64,000 nt of DNA, from NCBI RefSeq assembly GCF_000181795.1, contig NW_003526941.1:811396-875395 (forward strand). The letters run 5' to 3'. The position numbers were made by a program, and so were the translations under genes. How positions within the stretch are numbered: the stretch's first letter is position 1; every line of letters begins with the position of its first letter. The stretch comes from Trichinella spiralis. Its lineage: Eukaryota. Under the pieces are notes generated by a model. The model was not told where the DNA came from. It made no database searches and was given only the letters and a program-made list of their open reading frames with translations. Positions 53,614 through 64,000 of this stretch are shown piece after piece.

Positions 53614-56389
53614 ATGGCAAAATTAATTCTGAGTAAGATTAAATGGTAAATTTTTAGACTGGGATTAAAAATAAGTTTACTTGGTTTAGAAAAGAAGAGT
53701 AAGCGTATGACATGCCGTCGAAAGTTCAAAATTCTAGCTAAGGTAATTAGTTTAATTCTTCGATGGAATATTATCTTTCAATTTTAATACCGCAGATCAG
53801 GGAACATCATCGAAAATTACGCAAAGAGGAACGTAAAAAGAAAAAAGAAATGAAAAGCGTTCCCAAATCTTTAAAGTTTAAGCCTCTTATTCACATACCC
53901 AATAGTTGTCCTTTCAAAGAAGAAATTTTGAATGAAGTCAAACAGAATAAGTTACAAGTAATATCATACTCCAGTTTGTAATAAGTTGTTTATTGATTCT
54001 AATTTTGCTCAGATGGAAGAAAGGAAGAAGGCTGAAAAAGAAGAGCAGAAAAAGAATAATTTGGAAACTATTGTACATGAAGCAGAGTTGAAGCAGTTGA
54101 AATTTCAAAATTCGGTTGGTCGCATAGTTCGACTGTTCGAATGTTTTATGAATGATATTTACTTTTGTAGGAACTTGCTGCACTGAAAAATCTCGAAGAG
54201 GAAATTCTTAAGAATAAAGTAAAAGGTTTCGACGACTTTAAAGACGATTTGAAAAGGGTCTGTTACTTTAGCATTAATAGTATTAAATTTTTTAGATAAA
54301 TACTGCTTTTAGGTGGTCAAACGTGCTGATGTAATTCTTGAAGTGTTGGATGCTCGAGATCCACTTGGCTGTCGTTCTTCTGACATAGAAAAGATGGTGG
54401 TTGAGAATGGAAAACGGCTGGTTTTAGTCTTAAATAAAATTGGTAAAGGATGATGAATATTTATCTGCGTAGCTGCTTTTTTTGGCGCTTCCAGAATAGA
54501 GTTATCAGAGTGTTATAACTCCGTTTAAGCGGTGCCATAAATTAAATTTGATATTTCATTTACATGTGAAGCATTTTTAAGATAAATTTGCTTTGCTACA
54601 GAAATGACCTATCACAGTTATGTTCATTATGAATTGCAATTTCAGATTTAATACCAAAAGAAAATATTAAAAAATGGCTGGCCTATCTTCGTAAAGAATT
54701 TCCAGCAATCGCAATGAAGTCTTCCACGCAGAAGCCATCTTCAAAATTGGTTAGCAGTATTTTTTTTGATTTTGTTTCGTACTTGTTTAAATGAACATTC
54801 GTATTCATTCAATCGTTTATAGGGTTGGGTAAAGGGACCTTTAGTAAATACCAGCAAATCGGTGGGTGGTGATTTTTTAATGCATATATTGGCAAATTAT
54901 TGTCGAAACAAAGATCTGAAAACGTCGATCAAAGTTGGCGTTGTGGGTAAGAAGAATATATTTAGTGCATTTAAAAAAATAATTGTATAAGGTTGTTTTC
55001 AGGTTATCCAAATGTCGGGAAAAGTAGTATAATAAACAGTTTGAAAAGGAAAGCAATTTGCAGAGTTGGAGCACAGCCGGGAATTACCAAGTAATTATTG
55101 AAAATACAACTCTATTTTATTAATATGTCTTTTGTTTGTTCTTCTTCAGAAATATACAAGAAATTGCATTGGACAAAAATATCACGTTGATCGACTCTCC
55201 TGGAGTAATTTTAGCGAAGAAAGCATCTTTCGATGATGCAGAATTGGCGTTGAAAAATGTTGTTCGTATTGAAACGGTGCAAGATGTATTCACTCCAGTT
55301 GAAGCAATTCTGAGACGATGTTCGAGAGAAAAGGTAAGAAAGAAACAAGCAGAACCTTTTTTGCATTATTTAATTAAAATCTTTTAATTTCAGTTGATGT
55401 TGTTGTATAATTTACCCAAATTTCAAAGTAGCGACGAATTTCTTCATCTGCTTGCGAGAAAGATGGGACGGCTAAAGAAAGGCGGTATACCAAATTTGAA
55501 GATGGCTGCTAGGAAAATGCTGTTTGATTGGAATTGGTAAATTTCGAAAATCCACCTCTGTTGTGTAGGAGGAGCCTGTGTGTGAAGGGATTTGCTTTTT
55601 TCCAGGGGTAAAATACGCTATTATTCCGAGCCGCCTGTACGTGAAGACGAAAATGACTACGTTCAAAGTGAACTAGTAACGGAAATGTTGAAGGAATTTG
55701 ATATCGATGCGCTGACTGATCAAGAAAGCATTGTTCTCAATAGTAAGTGAATAATTGTTTTTTTTGTCGCTGTATTAATTAATTATCAATCGATAAATTT
55801 GTAAGTGCTGTTTGTTTTTCAGGCTTTCCAGAAAATTCATTTGTTGATGCAATTTTATCAGCTTCGAATAATAATAATAATAATAGCAATATGTTTATGA
55901 ATAATAATTCAGCGGTGCCTATGGAAACTGATACCGTTGTTGATGATGAATCGGATGTAATATTGCTATAATTTTATCATGAACAGTGATAATAATTTGT
56001 TCGTTGTTGTTGTTGTTGTACAATTTTAGATTATTAAAGCCAAGCAAAAGCGGAAACGTCCATTGGCAAAAGATGACGGTCCTGCATTGACTGCTGCAGA
56101 GAGGGCGATTGAAGGGAATTGGCAGAAAAGTCGAGAGCAGAGAATGCTGTTGAAGAAGAAGAAAAAGTCACGGCGACGATTAGGTGAATAAAGAAAAATT
56201 ATTTTTTATTTATTATCTTTTAAATCTGAAATTTAATAATATCAATAATTGTTTTTTTTCAAATTAATTATTCTAGAAAACCAATGCAATAAATTGGCCG
56301 ACACAATGGAAGCAGCCATGAATTTCGATTCCAACAGCAACGACGAATACAATTTTGAGGATTCGGAATTGAATGAAGAAGCAGCATGA
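53614..56389 (+). CDS. GNL3: Nucleostemin/GNL3-like circularly permuted GTPase, multi-exon
   Basis: [62 protein letters not shown] and KKGGIPN; TGA ending at 56389. Confidence 0.94.
54483..54619 (+). ncRNA. Candidate intronic box H/ACA snoRNA in a GNL3 intron
   Basis: Hairpin 1 (UGGCGC/GUGCCA, GAGUUAU/AUAACUC with internal loop), H-box-like AAAUUA at 54539-54544, hairpin 2 (GAUA/UAUC, UCAUUU/AAAUGA, AAGCA/UGCUU), then ACA at 54614-54616; about 137 nt in an unusually long intron. Confidence 0.65.
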
Positions 56390-59300
56390 TTAAAAATTGA
56401 AATAATTATCTGTTGTTTTCATTTCTCTTCTATTTTTTTCTGATATTAAAAAATTTGCAGTACTGTTTAGCGCAGCGTTCATTGGCAAATTTATGCATGA
56501 CAGCTGCCTCACTTTTATTAAATTGGATGTGACAAGTCAATCTTATACGATTATTGACAGCTGTCGATATTCCGTTGGCGTTTCAATTTCGAAATTTTTA
56601 CGGTTTTATTTATTTATTTTTTAAATTTAATCCGATTATCGATGGTTAAGGTTTGTTGCATTTATTTACGTTCAACTTTTGAATGCATAGCGTTGGTTTT
56701 GGAGTGACGAAATGGTATATTTTTCGTTTTGCTCATGCCAACGTGAGAGTGCTTTTAAATGATGCTTGTTTGTTTGTTTATTTTGAATTTACTAAAAATA
56801 ATTTTTTTTTCATTATTCAGATGAGAAATGGAATACTTTTCATTTTCACACAGTTAAATCGGCTGCAATGGGCGGTGTTTGGGTTATTGAGCTGTTGAGT
56901 GATTCATGTCACATGACGATGCCACTTTTTCACTGACACGGGTCCGGCTACTCTTCTTCACGTATGCTTTCTCCTTTTGCATTTTATACGCTTGCACCAG
57001 CCGCCACCAACTGCCAGTCAGGCTGGGCAGAGCGTGGAACTTTCGTAGCGTCTGCGTTGGTGGCGCTGAGCGTTCTCTCTTTTATTCAGCAGAAGAACAC
57101 TTGCCGGCTAAGTGTTTGTGGTAGGTTTGTCTCGCATTGTTTCTGCTTTTATTTAATTTAATATTAATCGAACAATTATTATTCATGTTTGTTGGGGTTG
57201 TTGTTGTCGTCGATATGATATTGATATTGTCGTTTTGTTATTTTCTTCAGATTGACGTCTACTGATAGCTTGGTTTGTATGCACGCATGTATTTGCTAGT
57301 TCTGTTGCTTTATTTTTTCATTTCAACTATAGCTTTTTTAATATTAATTTGAAAATTGATTCAATTCATCTGTTTTTTTTGGTTTCATTGAAATTTTCTC
57401 AAATTTGTTCACTGTCAATTCCACTGCTGCTATATGCCGGAATTTGAAAGCATCAGTATTTTGAAATTCTTGTTTAACATCTATCTCCACAATCCGTCTA
57501 TTATTTTATACGTCTTTTGTTAAATTTTCATTCCAAAATAGTACAATTCATTTCTATTCCAACTCTTCTTCATTAACTGGGTACGCGTGTGATTTATCTT
57601 TTTTCAAAAAAAAAATTTTTTTTGTGTAAAATAAAATTATTCATTCTTTTTCTTTTGTTTCTGGTTTATTTTTGCGGTGAAATTTCATTTTTATTCTGTT
57701 TATTCTTATAAGTTTTGAAAGAAGTATAGACTTTTTTTTTGGTCTCCGATGTAGCGGATATATTTTCCTTTAGAGAAGCAAGTCCGAAAGTTGTGTCCAC
57801 CAGAGAGCAACAATCTAAACTGCTCTTATGCTTTTAGCATTGCCGTTTTGCTTCAATTGGCTTAAAGCATATCGACGAAATGTTGACGCAGTTGCTCGGC
57901 TCTTCTTTTTATTACTGGGCTCTTATTACTAGCGGTTGTTTTCAATTTGCTTAAATTCTGAAAATATCATCATAAAATTCGAAATAAATAAGATTTTGGA
58001 TATATTTTTATTGATAATAATTATTTTTTTCGAAACAAATTATTTTCATTCATTTCAAACAAATTTACAAACTTGAGCGACTATAAGTGAACCTGAAAAT
58101 TATTTTTACTATACATCTGAACAGTTGAATGTGTTGTATCGGGTGTTTGTTGAGGTTGGCTTGGAAAATAAAATACCACACCGTGTGTTAATTTCTTATC
58201 GAGCAGAACTGATTGGTCACCATTTTAAATACTTCGGTAAGTGATGTGATTGATTAACATTTATTATTTTGAGCAATAGAAGCATTTTCGTATTCGATCG
58301 TCGCGTTCATAATGGCGCTTTTTTGTCGGTGATAAATAAAAAAAACATTGAATTAATTTTTAATTTTATTTTTTATTTAAATCTGAATTAATCCACAAAT
58401 TTTTATTAAGATTCCAGTTCAGTTGGGTTGAGTAATTTATTTACTTATTAATGGAGACGTGTCAAACGAATATTTATAGCACTGTCAGTTACCAGTTTTT
58501 ACAGTACGCCAGGCAGATTGTCATCACAGGTTTCGTTTTTGTACGTAATTAAAAATTGAATTACTACTGAAGTGTTGTGGTATTTTTTTGAGCGTAAGTT
58601 GGACATTTAATTAATTTTGCATTATTAACTGAACGTTTAAATAAGTGTAGTTGAATGATAAAAAATGACACGTGTCAAATTGCTACTGGCAACAGTGGAA
58701 ACATTGATTGTGCTTTAATTGTTTCTCATTTTGTAAGCAATTCATTAATCGGAGATTTTGTAATGGTTGTTGGTTTTGTTTTCAACTTGTTCGATTTATT
58801 CCACATTATATTCGGTTGTTCTTCTTGTTGGTCTTTTTTTATTTGAATGCATTTCAAATGAATGAATGAATTTATTTTCTGAACAAGCAGTTTTGTTCAT
58901 CATTTGGGAAGGTATATTTAAGAATTAATTAATTAATTAATTAATTAATAATTGATTTTTGATTTGATGAATGTAAAAATTAATAAATGAATAAGATATA
59001 CTGTAAGTGAATTGAAAAAGAAAACAAAAATGTTTTTCTTTTGAAATGTGGTAATTTCAGTTCGGCATTCAGGTCATGATGTTCAGGTTTTCCGCTCATT
59101 TTATTAGAATAATTTTTTCTCGATATGTTGTGTTTGATGTTGGTCGTTGGAAGAAAAAATTTGAAATTGTGGAATATTTTTTCTTTTCTTTTTTTTTTGA
59201 TTTTGATTTTGCCTCGCAATCCGTTGTTGAGGAGGGAGAGAAATTTTGCATCTACACTTTGTCCAAAACTGGGCAACTGACTATTCAAATTGGCAGGCGA

Positions 59301-62300
59301 AAAATGAATTCAGGCAGTAGAAATGTTCGGCTCGGTTGTGCTTTTGAAGATTGAAATCGATGATTGGACTGGAATTTTTGAATAAAGAATGTGAGCTGCG
59401 ACAGGATGAAATCAAGATCAGAATTTTGCAAATGTGTCAGTTTTGCTTGGGAATGCTTCTAATCAACACTAGCCACCTTGCCGTTGGGTTTTCAGCATCG
59501 GCAAGGTGTCATGGAAAATAAGATTTCTCCTTCTCAAATCCACCAGTTTGTTTGTGCCAGTGGAAAATCATTCCAACTTGTTCTTTTTATCAAGATGTTT
59601 GTTGTTCAAGGAGGTGCAACGTTGTTGAACATCACACAACTGGATACAATTTCATTTCCATTCAACATTATTCGGATTATTCACTCCAATGGCAGCAAAC
59701 TGAAGCCAATTCAATTGTACCATGTACAATCCTGTCCGTTGTTGGCATGGTGATGTTTCATTTGCAGTCTTCACACTGATGATGAATGGAAAATTCAATT
59801 TTTGTTCCATCCGTCTGGTTGGTGTCCGTCCAAGCTTCACCAGATTAATATTTTAATCATCATTTCGCTGCACTGCTGTTGCATCCAGTTGGTTAGTGTT
59901 CATCGTTGATAGAATGAATGAATAGTAATAACAATAATAATAATAATAATAATGGTATACTGGCCGAGCAAATTTTTTTAAATTTTCCATAATTTTTGCA
60001 TTATTCTCATTCGAAAACTTTTTATCCGTGAACGTGAATAATCAACTTGATCAATCAGAGGTAGGGATTGTGTTTTTATTTTTTTTCATGAATTTTCTGT
60101 AGTCATAATTTGGAAATATTGGTCCTTTAAGCATGGTAGACAGTTTACTTGGTTGTGTGGCACACACACCACACACACAAATTGTAAGTACTGTCAATTG
60201 ACGCTAATTTAAACATTGCTTTTTTATTTTAACGGTTGAATGGTTCTACGTTTATGCATTGTTAATAAGTATGAGAATTTTCAATTTTGCCTAATTCATC
60301 ATCTCTGAATAAGCAAGCTGTTTGGAATTTGAACAAAAATTTCAACTAACTTTTTCAATGTTCAAATTCTTTTTCATTCATCGTCTGTCCCTTGGCTGTA
60401 TTTATCTTGTCGGCGTATATTATTATTATTATATTTATCTAATTTGCATTGATCAGATATAGGGTTTTCTTGGTTTGTTCGATTGTTTTTGTTCGTTGTT
60501 ATTCTGGGTTTTTTACGTCCAATTGGACGTAATCGAATACGGCTTTCTCAGACTTAGCAGATCTCGAAAGCTGAGAAGTGGAACCAACTCTGACTGGGCG
60601 TTTTCAATCAGAAATAATGAATGCAATATTATTGAGAATGTAAAAAACTGAAATTTTTTCATCGATTCGAAAATTGTTCGTTTGATGTCGTTTGATTTTG
60701 GTGATTGTTTTCGGGCAACAGTTTTCAACTTCACCATGAAAGCAATGATATATATATATATATATCAGCAACAAGTTTGTTGTTCGGAAATAATTCTTTT
60801 GTGTTTTATTGATTTTTCCAAATTCAAACTATACAAGCCGGTAGACGCGAATTGCAATGGCTTTTCCAAATTCGGCGGTAATTTTTGAATATTTAAATTT
60901 CTGTTTAAAAAAAAGTATCCTTCTCGTCGCCCGTTCACACTTTGCATGCTAACAGTGTTAATCGTGAATGAAATTAACAAGCGTGTCGTTTGTTGAAACG
61001 ATTGTGTTTAATGGAGTAAATTGGCGGCCGACGGCCCAGTGTGACGACAATCAGCATTTCATAATTTACCGTTTACATACGCCAACAACTAACTGCTTGG
61101 AAGATTTTTCCCCGGAGTGCTGCTGCCGAATATGACAATCGATTGTTAGTTTGGTGATCCGAAAAAAAATATTGTTTTTTTTATTTAAAAAAATTCCAAT
61201 TATATATATATATGTATATGGAAGTGGTGTTTGTTCACTTTGATGTTACGTAGTGTGGTTTTTTTTATTGTGAAAAATGGGAAAATATTAATTTTGTGGG
61301 CAGTTTTTTTTCTCAGCGAAATTGTTGTTGCTTCAGAGATTTTTCAAATTGAAATTGACGACAATTGAATGAATGAATGCGCATGCACGCAGTTGCCGAT
61401 TGTCCAGCTTGATGACGTCATAGATTGTTCGATTTGCTGATCGTCGTCGTGAAAGCAGACGTTCTCTAGCGTGTGTATACGGTTTACCAATTTGCAGCTT
61501 TATCAACACTGAACTCTGCAAATAGCTAGCTGCACTGCATTTCGGTCGTGCTTTGGACCGGAACTCGGCCGGCGTGCATGCCGACGCAGCACAAACAAGA
61601 CGACAACGTGCTTGGCGTCGTCATACAGTACGTTGTAAAAGAAAATTAAGTATACAAATTTTCTTCGCTTCATTCAGAACGTTTGGAAAATTTATTTTAC
61701 AAGTCGTTTGTTTGTTTTGCTTTTTTTTGCTTTTGCTTTATTCAGCTCGAAAATTTTCAATTGTCTGCTTTTCGTTGTATTGTGACATTTGAAAAAAAAA
61801 TTTTTCACACAATACCGAAAAATGCATATTGTATGAGAAGAGATCAACGAACCGTTTAGCTGGTCGTTTTTGCTTGAATGCCAAACTGAGATTTATTTTT
61901 AGCAATCTTTTTCCAGCGTTTTGACGTAATAATAAGTCCAATGCGTGACGAGGCGTTTGAAGAGATTTTTGTTCAATTGATAAAAAGGAAATGTTGTTAT
62001 TTAAGCAAAAATTTTCAACATTATTGAACTAGACCGTCGGTCAGTTAGCTGTACAAACGATGTCGTTGGCTTTCTTTTTTCTTCGTTTTATTTTGTTTTT
62101 TTGTGATTTCATCACGGCATAGTGAAAAGGCACTGGTCATGATCGTTAGATAGGATCGATTGTGTAGGCATTGATTATATTGGATGAAGAAAAAAAGTCT
62201 TTGATTAACAACTTCTTCATCACAGCACGGCACGCAACTTCAGACGCACGTTTGAATGCAAGCGTTGTTATTATTGTTGTTAAGTGATTACTTGATTTTA

Positions 62301-63103
62301 TTTCAATTTTTCTTCTCGTTTCACCGGTGGCGCAGGCAGTGCTTTGGCTTCTAATCCCACAACTGGCGTTTCTATTTTCCCACTGTATAATTAATTCGAG
62401 GCTAATCATTGATTATTTGAATATTTGCTTGTGATATATACATATATATATATATATATATATGTATCTGTATATAAATATGCATGTGCTGATTTGATGA
62501 TGAATGCGGTTGCTGTCGCCGGATTGATTTCACTGTCGAATATTGCGTGCGTGGTGTTTTTCCATCACACCCGACATTGTCTACTCCAATTGAATTACTT
62601 TACTGTTACAGAGAAAATTTTATTATTTTTTTTCAAACGTAATTTCGTAAAAATGTTTTATAAATATGCATGAAAATGATACTTTCAGACAATATTCTCT
62701 TAATTAATTTCAAACATTTGCCTTTGGTTACGGTAAACACGCACACACCACACTGTGTATATATATATATATATATATAACTAGTGAGATGAGATGAGAT
62801 GTATAAATTTATATGTAGCTTTTCAGATCTTTCGATAACAATATAATATTATTTTCATTTTGTGAATTTCAGTTTTCTTTATTTTTTTTGAAGTTTTCCA
62901 ACGTTATTAATTACAATAATGAAAAGTGATCATTTTTCTAAGGTCAAGGACTGACAAATGCGGACAAGTAAATAATTATTATTAATACATGACAGTTGTC
63001 TAGAGGTGTACTGTTGAAAATGAAAATTGAATTACTGTCATTTTGTTTTGTGGTGCATGCAGTTGGGTGTGGATTGGCAATTTGCTTTGATTGTTTCCAA
63101 CAG

Positions 63104-63134
<31 letters not shown>

Positions 63135-63483
63135 TTTATGCAGAATTTGTTGATCGCTTGATATTTTGATTGGTTTTATTTGATAATTGGTCGCGTTTCT
63201 TCGTTTCCGTGTTTGTTCTTCTGTCAGCAGCAGCAGTATCTGTCTGAGTTGGTCGAGTTTGATTGCAATATTTACACATTCGCTTGGCTAGCAGCAGTTT
63301 TGCTGTAGTTAGAATTGTTGTCGGCTGAGCTTGATCTGTCCGGGTTGGGGCGTGCTTTTGTTGTTTTGGTCAGTTGTTCATGTTTGCTGAATCGATCGTT
63401 CGTCAACGCACATCGCACACAATTCGCATCTTATTTCTTCTTGGTCGAGATTCAGCTTAACGAATCCCCGCGTCCGCCCTTCC

Positions 63484-63524
<41 letters not shown>
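63484..63524. repeat. (TCTG)n microsatellite
   Basis: Directly visible. Confidence 0.9.
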
Positions 63525-63525
<1 letters not shown>

Positions 63526-64000
63526 ATGCTTTTCTGCTAATTTTCAAGCGCATGTTGGATAACCATCGTTGTCGAGAGTACAAGCCGGTCTGTTGAAAAC
63601 TGACCACGCCCAATCCGGTTTGCCTTGACGAGTTCTGTCTATAATACCTAAGTTCAAGCATCAGTGGAACGATCGTCATCAGCTTGATTTTCATTGGCTT
63701 GTGATTTCAGCGTCCTCTGTCTGCTGGCATTCGCTGTGTTCTCTGATCTTTCCAATTTTATTATTTATTTTTATTATTATGCTTTCAAATCGTATAAATA
63801 AGCTCAACGTAGACGTAGACTTCTTAGTCGCCATCATCATCATCATCGTTGTTGTTGTTGTTGTTGTTGTTAGATAATTATTTATTTGCGTTTCTTTCTG
63901 CTTTCTGTTGATGAAAATGACAGTGAACAACATTCAGTTCCACTTTTACACTAGCGCGCAACCAGTTCAGAAGCTGACAAGCAGTACGCGATTATTATAT

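Overview
AT-rich, gene-dense eukaryotic genomic DNA with many short GT-AG introns, TTTCAG-type acceptors and microsatellites. The proteins and gene style fit a nematode, most likely a clade I Trichinella-like species (inference). I can reconstruct 18 protein-coding genes, most of them spliced: EML/ELP-1, PAAF1, CNPPD1, NOVA-like, TMEM242, PIG-L, a LIM protein, SLC34, transketolase, NOP9, NT5DC, ephrin, Rap1, SAMD8, OSM-3/KIF17, a secreted Cys-rich EB-module protein, MetAP1 and GNL3/nucleostemin. Positions 1-777 duplicate 2758-3527 next to an N gap and are probably an assembly artefact. The most notable unannotated signals are two intronic box H/ACA snoRNA candidates (in TKT and GNL3), a TMEM242-PIGL pair apparently only 41 bp apart (possible dicistronic or operon unit), a perfect RFX X-box upstream of osm-3, and a GC-rich multi-stem structured element near 57 kb. 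I found no rRNA, tRNA, CRISPR array or recognisable transposon. I found no clearly novel multi-gene system, and all RNA structures were paired by eye, not computed.
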